64,000 nt of DNA from Candidatus Brockarchaeota archaeon (GCA_017601225.1 JAFNIX010000004.1:68507-132506); one strand, 5' to 3'; positions 17,592-28,175 are shown, counted from the first letter of the stretch. Notes: a model not told the origin generated them from the sequence alone. A program made the numbers and translations.

Positions 17592-20189
17592 TTGAATAGA
17601 ACAAGTATAACATTGGGCTTTTTAACAATCTTAATAATATGCTCGGCGACACCATGTGTCGTTACGAGGATAGCCGGTGACGACGTACCTCTGTACACCA
17701 GACAGTTTTCCCCGACAGGCGACGCTTTAGTTGCAGGAGGAACTTATAGTGGTAATAATTATGGTTCGCTTACTCGCATAGGAGTCAGCGCTGGTTCAAG
17801 CGAGTCTCAAGTTTGGCGCTCCTTCATAAAGTTTGATCTGAACACGATTCCTCCTGGCTCAGTAATCGTTTCAGCTAACCTAATGCTATTCATGTACCAG
17901 GCTCCTGTTTCAATCAGAACGCTAGTATGTAATCTTGTTAATGCAGATGGTTGGGACGAGGGAACAATCACTTGGAACAATCAACCACCCGCCACAGTTT
18001 CAGTATCATCCGCAACAGTCGGCACTACTTCAAACGTTTGGCTTAGCGTAGATGTGAAAAGTTCGGTTGAAAAGTTTGCATCAAAGGATGTTGCTGGCGC
18101 GATGCCGAACTTCGGCTGGAGGCTGAAGGACAGCACGGAATCAGCTGCCATTCAAACCTATTGCTATATGTATTCTAAGGAACATAGCGATTCGAGTAAG
18201 CGTCCATACCTCGAGGTCAAGTATTATCCTCCCCACCTTGAGCTTAGCCTCGCAAACAGCTCTATTCAGGCGGGAAACTGGGTTAAAATGACTGTTACCA
18301 GGAAAACCTATAACGGTGAGCCAGTAACCCGTGGAGATTTAAAGGTTAAGCTCAGCTCAACCTCAACCTCAGTCAACAGGAAATTCTCTCTAACAAAGGG
18401 CGGGTCAGCTATAACTGAGCTGACAATATCCGAATCCGATGGCAACTCTAAAGAGTTCTGGTATTATGATGATAAGGTGGGAACATGGGATATTCATATC
18501 TGGACAGACGATTACATGTATATTACTTGGAGCGGTGGCTTCATAATTTTCGCGCCTAATTACGGTGACGATATTAAACAGTTGACCGTCAAGCCTGGGC
18601 CGCTTGACCGTTTCACTTTCGACACCATATCTTCGCCAAAACAGGTTGCAGTACCATTCTCAATAACTATTACTGCTTACGATGAATATGGCAACGTTAA
18701 GACCGACTACACGGGGACAAACTCCCTCTCAGACACTACTGGAACCATAGAGCCCAAGTTAACCGGCGCCTTCGTAAATGGTAGGTGGACAGGCATGGTG
18801 ACTATAAGCAGAATAGGGGACAATGTTAAGATTACTACAAGCGGCGCGGGTAAGAGTGGCGAGAGCAACCCCTTCAACGTTAAGGCAGGGCCTCCAGAAA
18901 AGCTTGCATTAACGCCTCCAAGCTTCACTATGGCAGCTGGAGTAACATATTCACATCTTAACATCTCTATCAAGGATGCTAACGGCTATGAAACCGTCAG
19001 TTCCACGCCCATAATCGTAAGCCTTTCAACGACATCGCCTGAGGGAGAGTTCAGACAATCCGGTACCGCGAGCAGGATAACCAGCATAATCATTCCAGCG
19101 GGCTCAAGCATGGTTAAGGTGGACTATTATGACGTGAAAGGGGGAACATGGATCTTAACAGCATCAGCCGCAGGCCTAACACTCAGCACAGCAACAGTCA
19201 CGGTAATTCCTGACACAAAGCCTCCAGTAACAACCATAAACTATGATCCTAAGCATTCGAGTGATGCAACAACTTATGTTTCAGGCTCCACCTTGTTCAA
19301 GCTTTCAGCGACAGACGATGCGAGCGGGGTCAAACAGACCAAGTATAGGATTGACGGTGGCTCTTGGAACACTTACACAGCAGGCTTTACCCTCTCCACT
19401 CTTTCAGACGGCCCCCATACGATAGGATACTACAGCACTGACAAGGCTGATAATAATGAGGCTGAAAAAACGTTGACCGTCGTGTTGGATAAGACTCCTC
19501 CAGCGATAAGTGGTGCGTCACCCACCGGAAGCATAGTCATGGGCTCAACGTCTATAAAGTTCACAGTCAGAGTTGAGGATTCAGGCTCAGGTGTTAAAGA
19601 GGTTAGGCTTACTGTCGACGGAATCCCGCAGGGAACCATGACCGGTGGCAGCGACTATTCTAAAACAATAACCCTTACGGAGGGAAGCCACAATTGGAGC
19701 GTTGAAGCGATTGACAACCTTGATAATGCAGCATCCTGGAATGGGGTTTTCACGCTTACAGTCGACACTGCTCCCCCCACGGTCTCGGGCTTAACGGCAC
19801 CGTCCAACCCCGTCTTCGGAGAACATACCGTAATAACATGCCAGGTTTCAGACCTGCTTTCAGGAGTCAAGGATGTCAGCCTATACTACTCGATAGACGG
19901 AGGCTCGTCTTGGACAAGGGTAACCATGGTTCTTCAGGAGGGTGGCTACACGGGCTCCATACCCTCCCAAATGTTCTTCAAAGAGGTCCAGTACTATGTT
20001 GAAGCAGTGGACAACGTTGGCAATGAGACCAGGACACCCGTGTCGAAATACACTGTAGGCATACCTATTTGGCTATACGCAACCCTCTTAGCTCTAATTC
20101 TCGTCATAATCGCCATACTCCTGCTGAGGAGAAGGAAGCCTTCCTACGTCCAACCACTCCCTCCGCCGCCTCCACCCCCTCCATGTTAG
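17592..20189 (+). CDS. Secreted, C-terminally membrane-anchored surface protein with a DNRLRE-like domain and Ig-like repeats
   Basis: TTG start followed by a signal-like N-terminus. GNNYGSLTRIGV...WRSFIKFDLNTIPPGSVIVSANLMLF is a DNRLRE-type pattern. Three tandem modules of about 90 aa begin D(T/K)xPP and contain SGVK. The C-terminus is a TM helix, then RRRK, then a poly-Pro tail ending in Cys. Confidence 0.6.
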   Translation: MNRTSITLGFLTILIICSATPCVVTRIAGDDVPLYTRQFSPTGDALVAGGTYSGNNYGSLTRIGVSAGSSESQVWRSFIKFDLNTIPPGSVIVSANLMLFMYQAPVSIRTLVCNLVNADGWDEGTITWNNQPPATVSVSSATVGTTSNVWLSVDVKSSVEKFASKDVAGAMPNFGWRLKDSTESAAIQTYCYMYSKEHSDSSKRPYLEVKYYPPHLELSLANSSIQAGNWVKMTVTRKTYNGEPVTRGDLKVKLSSTSTSVNRKFSLTKGGSAITELTISESDGNSKEFWYYDDKVGTWDIHIWTDDYMYITWSGGFIIFAPNYGDDIKQLTVKPGPLDRFTFDTISSPKQVAVPFSITITAYDEYGNVKTDYTGTNSLSDTTGTIEPKLTGAFVNGRWTGMVTISRIGDNVKITTSGAGKSGESNPFNVKAGPPEKLALTPPSFTMAAGVTYSHLNISIKDANGYETVSSTPIIVSLSTTSPEGEFRQSGTASRITSIIIPAGSSMVKVDYYDVKGGTWILTASAAGLTLSTATVTVIPDTKPPVTTINYDPKHSSDATTYVSGSTLFKLSATDDASGVKQTKYRIDGGSWNTYTAGFTLSTLSDGPHTIGYYSTDKADNNEAEKTLTVVLDKTPPAISGASPTGSIVMGSTSIKFTVRVEDSGSGVKEVRLTVDGIPQGTMTGGSDYSKTITLTEGSHNWSVEAIDNLDNAASWNGVFTLTVDTAPPTVSGLTAPSNPVFGEHTVITCQVSDLLSGVKDVSLYYSIDGGSSWTRVTMVLQEGGYTGSIPSQMFFKEVQYYVEAVDNVGNETRTPVSKYTVGIPIWLYATLLALILVIIAILLLRRRKPSYVQPLPPPPPPPPC

Positions 20190-20298
20190 TGGCAAAACAA
20201 GCATTTAGGGCGAAAGGCAGCGTTCCCTCAGGGTTAACCCTAATAATACTGAAAAAGGAAGCTTAATATATGTTTTAACAAGACAAAATAATGTAAAG

Positions 20299-21102
20299 AT
20301 GGATGTGGATAGGATTGGCGGAATAGCACTAGGCTTGGTGATGATTCTAGCAATATTCCTACTGCCTTTCGGCTCCTTTCTGCTTCCCTCAGGCAAGACT
20401 GGAGAAACAACCTTATTTAGCATTATAGTCCAATTCATTGAAAACATAGTCAGCGGCACGCAGCAGCCAATGAACCTTCTAATATACGGGATCATAATTC
20501 TAGCATCATTCATAATTCTGATCGCCGCTGGAGCACTAGGTCTATACCCATTGCGCTCCGGTGCCATAGGTATTCTTGGAATGATACTTATAACCACAGT
20601 AACAGTCTTCAACCCTGTACTCGGCTTCAACATACCGAGCTACGGGGCCGGCTATTTCATTGTCTGGGGAGCCTCCGTGGCAGCAATCGTGATAGGCAAG
20701 TTTAGACCCAATGCCAGGAGGAAGGTTGTCTCAGCGGTTTCACAACCTCCTGTGGAGGAAGTTGTGGAAACATCCAGCCCACCTATGGATCTCTTTAAAC
20801 CGTTATCAGGCACGGAAGAGCAGGCTCAAACCTCTTCGGCTGAGCCCTCTTCAATATCCGAGTCAGCAGAACCAGCATCTTCCCTATCCATCGGTCTTAA
20901 TGTTATAGAAGAGGAGATTACGAGAATCAGGGCTTTTCTAGTTGTTCTGGAGGATGAGAAGAAGGATAACATAATATCTGGCGAAGCGTACAATAGGCTG
21001 AGCGCAAGACTTCGAAAAATGCTGGACGAGCTGGAGGCTGAAAGGAAAACCGTATTGAACAGGTTGACAGAGAAAGATCTTTCCAAACAGAGTTCACTCT
21101 AA
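20299..21102 (+). CDS. Membrane protein with a Ser/Pro-rich linker and a C-terminal helical (SHOCT-like?) tail
   Basis: 267 aa. There are 4-5 hydrophobic helices, then an acidic Ser/Pro linker, then IISGEAYNRLSARLRKMLDELE. No confident family. Confidence 0.4.
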   Translation: MDVDRIGGIALGLVMILAIFLLPFGSFLLPSGKTGETTLFSIIVQFIENIVSGTQQPMNLLIYGIIILASFIILIAAGALGLYPLRSGAIGILGMILITTVTVFNPVLGFNIPSYGAGYFIVWGASVAAIVIGKFRPNARRKVVSAVSQPPVEEVVETSSPPMDLFKPLSGTEEQAQTSSAEPSSISESAEPASSLSIGLNVIEEEITRIRAFLVVLEDEKKDNIISGEAYNRLSARLRKMLDELEAERKTVLNRLTEKDLSKQSSL

Positions 21103-21265
21103 ACTGTAAAAAAGGAGCCTTACAGCAGCCCAGTTAGGTGGACATGGAAAACGGTTGTTGGAGCAGGTAAGAATCTTACCTGCCCATTTGTTAGCGACCT
21201 TGCCCGGCGGCAGCCAGTAATCATTAAACCATTAATAATCCTTTCATAGTATAAGCGACAGGGAT

Positions 21266-22267
21266 ATGGGACACAGGCAAGCCACAAGGAAGATTTGTTT
21301 AGTGACCGGGCAGTTAGCATTAGGTGTACTTATTCTGGTAATCCTGATTCAGCAGGCAGATGTTGAAGACACGTTTAAAACCCTGCTTAAAGCGGACGCC
21401 AAATACGTTTTATTCGGTTCCCTCCTGATAGTGGCTGCTTCAACAATGATCGCGTTATCCTTCTACTCTATCCTTTCAACATTAAGATACAAGGTTGGAC
21501 TATCAAGCTGTATTCAGGCCAACTTTGCAGGCCAGTTGGCTAGTGACCTTACACCCGGGCGTGCAGGATACTTCATAACTCCATTCGTAATGGAGGCGCT
21601 GAGTGAAACACCTTTCGAAGCATGCTTGGTGGCAACAGTCCTATCAGGCATGGTTGACTTCCTTATAAGGGCTTTACTGACAATAGTTTCAGCAGCCTAT
21701 TTAATTGGTCCCGTTGAATCAATTTCAGGAGCCCAATGGATTGTTGTTTTAAGCGCCTTTATTCTGGCAACCAGCGCCCTATTTTTCGCAGCAATCCTTT
21801 GGACCGATAAGCCCAAGAAACTCGTGGTGAGGCTAAGCTCGTTCAGGAGGATAGGCAAAGTTTTAAACCCTTTCTTGGAGAGAATCGAAAACTTTCAGAG
21901 GGAGGGTGTTAAAGCCAAGAGGGCTCTGGGCCCGGTTGTTCTATCAATGTTGTCAACATCCATCCTAGACTCGATAGCCCTCTACTTTTTCGCCCTCTCC
22001 GTCGGGGTTGAGTTGAACCCTGTGTTATTCGTATTCATATACTCGCTTGTTTCAAGCTTCACTTACCTACCTTTAACCCTAGCGGGACTAGGCGTGCAGG
22101 AAGGTGTTTTAGCAGCATTGCTACAGATGTTTGGCACACCTCTCCCGTATGGTGTGGCCGTATCGCTTCTCTTCCGGTTCTTCTACACGGTGACTGATAT
22201 AATAGGGCTGCCGGCCCTTATGAAGACAGGCTTTACTAAGGTTTTCAACAAGAGTAAGAAACCGTAA
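21266..22267 (+). CDS. Flippase-like / lysylphosphatidylglycerol-synthase-TM-region family (UPF0104) membrane protein
   Basis: 333 aa, polytopic. The LTPGRAGYF segment is typical of the family. Confidence 0.5.
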   Translation: MGHRQATRKICLVTGQLALGVLILVILIQQADVEDTFKTLLKADAKYVLFGSLLIVAASTMIALSFYSILSTLRYKVGLSSCIQANFAGQLASDLTPGRAGYFITPFVMEALSETPFEACLVATVLSGMVDFLIRALLTIVSAAYLIGPVESISGAQWIVVLSAFILATSALFFAAILWTDKPKKLVVRLSSFRRIGKVLNPFLERIENFQREGVKAKRALGPVVLSMLSTSILDSIALYFFALSVGVELNPVLFVFIYSLVSSFTYLPLTLAGLGVQEGVLAALLQMFGTPLPYGVAVSLLFRFFYTVTDIIGLPALMKTGFTKVFNKSKKP

Positions 22268-22354
22268 AACTACTTATTAAAAATATTTTTAGTGCATCAT
22301 TAAGAAGTAAAACTCGAAAAAACTTAAATCGAACCATCGTAAGGTCAAGGCAGC

Positions 22355-23299
22355 ATGTTACAGTTCAACCCGCGAGAATTCATCGATGAAAAAATAAGTC
22401 TTTTAAAAAGGGAGATCGGTGGAGAGACGGCTATTGTTGCTCTGTCTGGGGGAGTAGACAGCTCCGTAACGGCTGTACTTGGTTTCAAGGCGATCGGCAA
22501 AAAACTGAGGGCAGTTTTCCTCGAAGACGGCTTTATGAGAATAGGAGAGGCGGAGAAGATTAGCAGGGTTTTCGAAAAACTGGGAATCAGCGTGAATGTG
22601 TATAATGTTCAAAGAGAGTTTTTAACAGCTTTAAAGGGCATTAGGGACGCTGAGGAGAAGAGGAGAGCCTTCAGAGAAACATTCTACGAAACGTTTTCAA
22701 GGATTGCAAAAGAGGCGGGTGCTAAGATAGTTCTGCAGGGGACGATAGCGGCGGACATTGTTGAGACTGCTGGAGGAGTGAAGACGCAACATAATGTGCT
22801 GGAGCAGATAGGCATAAACCCGCTTGAAAAGTACGGGTTTAAGATAGTTGAACCGTTGAAAGAGCTTTATAAGAAACAGGTTAGGATGGTTGCAAGGGAG
22901 CTTGGGCTTCCCGATGAGATAGTTAATCGAAGACCCTTCCCCGGGCCGGGGCTGGCAATAAGGATACTTGGTGAAGTTACTGAAGAGAAGCTTTCAATAA
23001 TAAAGAAGGCAACAGCCATAGTTGAAGAGGAACTTGCAGACGTAGAGTGTTTTCAGGCCTTTCCAGTCCTTCTAGAGGGCAGGGCTACAGGAGTAGACAG
23101 GGAGTCCAATAGGAAATATGGATACATGGTTGCCCTGAGAATCGTTGAATCTGAAGACGCTATTACTGCAAGGTACGTTAGGCTCGATTGGGCTAAGCTT
23201 GATAGGGTAAGGGACATGATAATAATGAATATTCCTGAAGTATGCAGGGTGCTTTACGATGTTTCTGACAAGCCTCCTGCAACAATAGAGTTCGAGTGA
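22355..23299 (+). CDS. guaA: GMP synthase (glutamine-hydrolysing) subunit B, ATP-pyrophosphatase subunit
   Basis: ALSGGVDSSV PP-loop, RRPFPGPGLAIR, and C-terminal KPPATIEFE. The 314-aa stand-alone subunit is the typical archaeal split form. Confidence 0.85.
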   Translation: MLQFNPREFIDEKISLLKREIGGETAIVALSGGVDSSVTAVLGFKAIGKKLRAVFLEDGFMRIGEAEKISRVFEKLGISVNVYNVQREFLTALKGIRDAEEKRRAFRETFYETFSRIAKEAGAKIVLQGTIAADIVETAGGVKTQHNVLEQIGINPLEKYGFKIVEPLKELYKKQVRMVARELGLPDEIVNRRPFPGPGLAIRILGEVTEEKLSIIKKATAIVEEELADVECFQAFPVLLEGRATGVDRESNRKYGYMVALRIVESEDAITARYVRLDWAKLDRVRDMIIMNIPEVCRVLYDVSDKPPATIEFE

Positions 23300-23384
23300 A
23301 CCCGCAGGGGTAGGCTTTCTTAAAACATGTGTATTTTATAAAATTTATAAATTATGAACAGTGTTAAAACCAGATTCCAGGAAA

Positions 23385-24155
23385 ATGGAGGAGGCACCAG
23401 TATTTGTAAACGTCTCGGGGGAGAGAATACATGGAGTCATACATATTCCCGAAGAAACGCCTGCGCCAACGGTAGTATTCTGCCACGGTTTCACTGGAAA
23501 CAGGATTGAAGCCCATAGGCTGTTTGTGCGTGCCGCTAGGAAAATGAGCATGAAGGGGTTCGTTGCCGTCAGGTTTGACTTCAGAGGATCCGGCGAGAGC
23601 GAGGGCGAGTTTGAAAACATGACTGTCTCCTCAGAGATAATTGACCTTAACACTGTTCTAAGCTTCCTATGCGAAAGGAGCGAGGTTGATTGTGATAAAA
23701 TCGGTTTGGTTGGGTTAAGCCTAGGGGGTGCGGTCTCTATTTTAACTGCTGCAAGAAACCATAAAGTAAAGGCGGTATGCACATGGTCCTCTCCCGCTGA
23801 ATTCAGAATAATTTCGGACGGTGTGAAAGCTTTCGGAATGGATTTGAAAAAAATTCTGGAAAAAGGCTACCTAGATCTGCCGAGCGGCTACAGGGTGGGC
23901 AGAGATTTCTTCACAGACATTTTAAAACACGATATACTGGATAGTTGTTCAAAGATTTCTCCAAGGCCACTGCTTATTATACATGGCTTGGAAGACTCTG
24001 TCATCCCAGTTGAACACGCGCATATGCTATACGAGAGGGCCGGGGAGCCTAAGAAGCTAATAATAATAGATGGAGCGGATCATACTTTCAGTCGGAGGGA
24101 CTGGGAGGACAGAGTCATAGAGATCACAACGGAATGGTTCAAGAAAAGCCTTTAA
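23385..24155 (+). CDS. Alpha/beta hydrolase
   Basis: GLSLGG nucleophile elbow and IIHGLEDSVIP...DH late motifs. The ORF opens at 23361 (TTG); ATG 23385 is preferred. Confidence 0.65.
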   Translation: MEEAPVFVNVSGERIHGVIHIPEETPAPTVVFCHGFTGNRIEAHRLFVRAARKMSMKGFVAVRFDFRGSGESEGEFENMTVSSEIIDLNTVLSFLCERSEVDCDKIGLVGLSLGGAVSILTAARNHKVKAVCTWSSPAEFRIISDGVKAFGMDLKKILEKGYLDLPSGYRVGRDFFTDILKHDILDSCSKISPRPLLIIHGLEDSVIPVEHAHMLYERAGEPKKLIIIDGADHTFSRRDWEDRVIEITTEWFKKSL

Positions 24156-24883
24156 ACAGTGAAGGTTGACAGTAAGGATACTGCTATCGGCAGAAGCAAA
24201 TTATCCTCAATAGTATAGGCTTCAACAATCGCCGCTGTGATAGAGAGTATGAATGAACCCAATGGGGAAACACCTATTAAAAGCAAAGCGGTGAAAAAAC
24301 TTACGAAGCCTGAAACGCTACCTTCAAAAGTCTTACTGGATAACGGGAGCCTGTGAACACCCGCTAGACCACCCACTAGGGTTGCTACAGCATCAGTCGT
24401 CGCCAGCGAAACGACACCGTAGAACGCGTAACCCTCAAACAGGAAGTATGAAATTGTTACTCCAAGTATCCCATAGGTTAAACCTATATAACCACCCCTC
24501 TTCTCATAGTCCCTCTCAACAGTTGACAACTGGTAGTCTATAAGGTCCTCTATACCCCGGATCCTCTCCTCAACCCTGTCTATAACTTGAGCCGTAACCC
24601 TGCCTCTCAAAGGCAAGTAGTTTCTAATATCGGTGAAAAATTTCTCCCTCTTCTCTCTCATGAAGCTCTTAACCTCATTCCTTAAGAGAGGCCTCTTAAT
24701 CTGGATTGCGTTCAGCGTTAGGGCCACGATGCTTAAAACGGAGTAGAAAACCTTGGCATCTAAAACTATTTCGAAGCGGTTTAACAAGAAGGGTAAAAGA
24801 AGTATTAGTGAGAGGAAGAAGTGTAAACTCTTTCTCACGAGCTCGCTGTAATTCAAGGCTTCACACGTATTGCCAGGCTTCAT
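24152..24883 (-). CDS. Polyprenol/dolichol kinase-like or cytidylyltransferase-family membrane protein
   Basis: Polytopic. TTDAVATLVGGLAGVHRLPLSSKTFEGSVSGF resembles the D..A..vG...G....KT.EGS motif of the CTP-transferase-1 / dolichol kinase superfamily. Confidence 0.45.
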   Translation of the reverse strand: MKPGNTCEALNYSELVRKSLHFFLSLILLLPFLLNRFEIVLDAKVFYSVLSIVALTLNAIQIKRPLLRNEVKSFMREKREKFFTDIRNYLPLRGRVTAQVIDRVEERIRGIEDLIDYQLSTVERDYEKRGGYIGLTYGILGVTISYFLFEGYAFYGVVSLATTDAVATLVGGLAGVHRLPLSSKTFEGSVSGFVSFFTALLLIGVSPLGSFILSITAAIVEAYTIEDNLLLPIAVSLLSTFTV

Positions 24884-24894
24884 GGTTAAAAGCT

Positions 24895-25875
24895 TTAAGC
24901 CGCCGTCTCAGAGTCGCCGAGCACCTTAAAGGCCTTCTCACCCTTCTTGTAAGAATATATGAATGGAATGGCGAAGTCTACTTTCCCATTCTTCTGGAAC
25001 TCTTCAAATATTTTCTTGTTTATTTCATGCGCTATCCTAGGGCGGTCAACAGCCAGAGTCATATACCTGAGCCTAAGGTATACACCGTAATCGTAGAAAT
25101 CAGACCTAACATAGGGCTCAACACCAGTCTCCTTTATTATATCCATAGTCACCTCCGTTGCAACCTTCTTCATTATTCTCTCCGCCTCCTCCCAGTCTGA
25201 ATCGTAAGTTATCCTAACGACGACCTCATCCAGTATGTATGGTTGAGTAGTCTTAATCTCGCTCGTATAGTTTATTATAACGTTTGAGAATAGTATTGCG
25301 TTAGGGATCAGAATCCTCCTCCCGGAGGGCTCCTCGCTTCCTATTGTGCCGCCAACTTGGTTCAGTGTCGTATACATCATGCCGACGTCTAAGACGTCGC
25401 CTATCAGCCCCCACGCGGGCAGGAAAATACGGTCGCCAACTTTAAACGGACGCCTTATGTTTATCAGGAACCATGCTGCAAGCCCGGTGACCGGTTGCTG
25501 CAGCGACCATCCTAGAAACATTCCTCCAAAGGCGCCTAGGGCAGTGGCAAATGTTAACCCACCTCCGGTGAATATGCTTATGATCAACAAGACTCCGACG
25601 AAAAAAATGATTGAACGCAGAAAGTTGGTCAGCATCTTCACGTCCCCACGCTTCCCACCAGCGCGTACTACTGTGGTTGAAATCATATAGGATATTATCA
25701 CATACATTATGTAGAGGCCTGCTGCAACCAGCATGGCCTGAATAAGATTTGCTGGCTCAATTTCAATAGTGAAAATCGGGGGTAGGAAAGGTATTACTGT
25801 CCTGCCGTAGACCATGAACAATAATAGAATAACAAGTATGGCAACGATTAGCCCAACCGTTTTAAGGCTTCTCAT
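24895..25875 (-). CDS. Small-conductance mechanosensitive channel (MscS family)
   Basis: N-terminal TM helices followed by RPFKVGDRI and a beta-domain pattern. 326 aa. Confidence 0.75.
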   Translation of the reverse strand: MRSLKTVGLIVAILVILLLFMVYGRTVIPFLPPIFTIEIEPANLIQAMLVAAGLYIMYVIISYMISTTVVRAGGKRGDVKMLTNFLRSIIFFVGVLLIISIFTGGGLTFATALGAFGGMFLGWSLQQPVTGLAAWFLINIRRPFKVGDRIFLPAWGLIGDVLDVGMMYTTLNQVGGTIGSEEPSGRRILIPNAILFSNVIINYTSEIKTTQPYILDEVVVRITYDSDWEEAERIMKKVATEVTMDIIKETGVEPYVRSDFYDYGVYLRLRYMTLAVDRPRIAHEINKKIFEEFQKNGKVDFAIPFIYSYKKGEKAFKVLGDSETAA

Positions 25876-26000
25876 ACAGGTAGTACTTTCCCCCGCGTTA
25901 TTTAAGTATTCGCAAGAAACCGCATGCGGCGGATAGGGTTTTACATTGTTAAATCAAAAATCCTTAAATACAGAGTCGCGTCCAACGGTCACTTTTAAAA

Positions 26001-28175
26001 ATGGAGATCGATGAAACAAGCAGAGCCATTCTTGAGAAACTGGGGGAAGACGAAAAGAAGTTGGTAGAGAAGGAGTTGAAGCCCGGAGAATTAATTTTGT
26101 CGATCGCAACGGGTGATTTGAGCGAGGACGGCAATTACTCTAAATACTTATTCATAGTTACAAATACAAGGGTGTTGAAGATCAGTGGGGAAGGAGTCAA
26201 GCATTTTGAATTAGAAATCGAGAAGGCTACACAAGCAATTTTCAACGATTATCTTGGAAACAGTGAGCTCATCCTAGTTGTCGGAGGCAAAGAAATACCT
26301 GTAGCAAGGTTTTCAAGAGACAAAATAAGCGAGTTCAGGCATGCGACAGGCGTGATAAACGCGCTTCTCCAGTATAAAGACCCTAAGGAGATAGAGTTCA
26401 AGCTATACCTTGAAAACAATGGGAAAAGCAGGAAGAGCGCAATAATTTGGCTAATATCCTATCTTAAGCCTCACTGGTACTTGGTCTTATCTGGCTTAAC
26501 CCTGTCAGTCGTGATAACTGGCCTAAACCTAGTGCCCCCCTCCCTGCTTAGGACGCTCATAGACCAGATAGCAACTCAGAAACAGGAGGCCACGTTGCTA
26601 AACCTGACTATCCTTCTAATAACCATTTACGCATTGAACACTCTGCTCGGAATACTTCAAAACTATTCGCTTTCACTGCTAAGCCAGAAACTGGTTTACA
26701 GCATGAGGAGAGACCTGTACAGCCACGTGCAGGAGCTCTCGATGTCATTCTACGATAAGATGAGCACTGGCAGGGTTATTTCAAGGATTACTGACGATAT
26801 TGGGAGAGTCCAATGGTTTCTAGTATGGGGTATACCAAGCTTAATCATCAACATTCTCTCAATAATTGGGATAGGCATAATAATATTCACGATGGACTAT
26901 AGGTTGTCTCTTTTCGCACTACTGCCTTTCCCGCTCATAATTCTTGGACTACCACGATTCAGGTCTAAAGCCAGGCTTGTCTACCATAAGGCTTGGAGGA
27001 AATGGGCTGACGTTAGCTCTCTACTAGTGGACACGATACCCGGAATATCTGTTGTGAAGTCTTTCGCCAGGGAAAAAGGCGAGGTTAACAGGTTTACTGA
27101 AAGGATGAATGAAGTGGTGAAGGCAAACCTCGACATAACTAGGTTACATCTCGGCTTTTTTCCAATCCTCGGCTTTGTAAGCTCCGCTGGAGCTGCGATA
27201 GTGTGGTACGTCGGTGGATTACACGTCATCAGTGGAGACATATCTCCAGGCACTCTGGTAGCATTCGTCAGCTACATGTGGATGTTCTACGGTCCAATTC
27301 AAACAGTGACAAACCTTGCTGAGCCACTGCAGCAGGCAATAACCTCGGGAGAACGGATTCTCGAAATACTCAGGATTGATCCGGCGGTTAAAGACGCCCC
27401 TGACGCTAAGGATTTCGAGATAATGGGGGACATAAAGTTTGAAAACGTTACATTCGGGTATGAGCCCTTCATCCCTGTTTTGAAAAACATAAATCTTGAA
27501 ATCAGAAAAGGAGAGATGGTTGGAATAGTTGGGCAAAGCGGCTCGGGTAAGACGACTTTGACAAAACTGCTGTTAAGGTTTTACGATGTGAATGAGGGCA
27601 GGATTCTGATAGATGGTGTCGACATAAGGAAAATCAAGTTGGAAAGGTTAAGGAAGAGCATAGGGATAGTTGCTCAAGACCCGTTCCTCTTCGACAACTC
27701 CGTGTTGTTCAACATAACATACGGTCTTGATAAAGTAGATTTGAAGAAGGTGATAGCTGCAGCCAAGGCTGCGAATATTCATGAGACAATAATGAACCTC
27801 CCCCTAGCGTACGATTCGCCTGTTGGAGAGAGGGGCTCAAGGCTATCAGGAGGAGAGAGGCAGAGGGTTGCGATAGCTAGGGCGATAATCCTTGAGCCCA
27901 AGATCCTAATAATGGATGAGGCAACGTCTTCGGTGGATACGCTGGCGGAGAGGCAGATACAACAGGCCTTAGACAATATCTCTAAAGAGAGAACCACGAT
28001 AGTGATTGCGCACAGGCTCTCAACCCTTCAAAGATCGAACAAGATAGTGGTGATGGATAAGGGCAAGATTGTTGAAATCGGAACTCACGACGAGCTTTTG
28101 AGGCTTAACGGGTTATATGCTAAAATATATAAAGCACAGTTTGCGGAGGCTGAGAAACAAGTTGCCGTTGCTTGA
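26001..28175 (+). CDS. ABC exporter (fused TMD-NBD) with an extra N-terminal PH-like domain of about 140 aa
   Basis: Walker A GQSGSGKTT, signature LSGGERQRV, Walker B ILIMDEATS. Six TM helices. The N-terminal GELILSIATGDL...LFIVTNTRVLKI looks like a bacterial-PH-type domain. Confidence 0.8.
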   Translation: MEIDETSRAILEKLGEDEKKLVEKELKPGELILSIATGDLSEDGNYSKYLFIVTNTRVLKISGEGVKHFELEIEKATQAIFNDYLGNSELILVVGGKEIPVARFSRDKISEFRHATGVINALLQYKDPKEIEFKLYLENNGKSRKSAIIWLISYLKPHWYLVLSGLTLSVVITGLNLVPPSLLRTLIDQIATQKQEATLLNLTILLITIYALNTLLGILQNYSLSLLSQKLVYSMRRDLYSHVQELSMSFYDKMSTGRVISRITDDIGRVQWFLVWGIPSLIINILSIIGIGIIIFTMDYRLSLFALLPFPLIILGLPRFRSKARLVYHKAWRKWADVSSLLVDTIPGISVVKSFAREKGEVNRFTERMNEVVKANLDITRLHLGFFPILGFVSSAGAAIVWYVGGLHVISGDISPGTLVAFVSYMWMFYGPIQTVTNLAEPLQQAITSGERILEILRIDPAVKDAPDAKDFEIMGDIKFENVTFGYEPFIPVLKNINLEIRKGEMVGIVGQSGSGKTTLTKLLLRFYDVNEGRILIDGVDIRKIKLERLRKSIGIVAQDPFLFDNSVLFNITYGLDKVDLKKVIAAAKAANIHETIMNLPLAYDSPVGERGSRLSGGERQRVAIARAIILEPKILIMDEATSSVDTLAERQIQQALDNISKERTTIVIAHRLSTLQRSNKIVVMDKGKIVEIGTHDELLRLNGLYAKIYKAQFAEAEKQVAVA

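Noticed and set aside
20152-20189. CCN-rich run as a non-coding simple repeat or slippage tract
   Set aside because: It is in frame at the end of the 865-aa ORF and encodes the poly-Pro tail. It uses mixed Pro codons rather than a perfect repeat, so slippage is unlikely.
24706-25200. 164-aa + strand ORF bridging the polyprenol-kinase-like and MscS genes
   Set aside because: It is antisense to both minus-strand genes and crosses their intergenic gap. It has no recognisable motif.
28117-28175. The 59-nt overlap between the first ABC gene and the DUF1854-like ORF as a frameshift or fusion signal
   Set aside because: The ABC protein ends with a normal C-terminus after its NBD. In-frame TTG codons at 28162 and 28168 give a start with only a short overlap. 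An over-extended ORF in the track explains it more simply.
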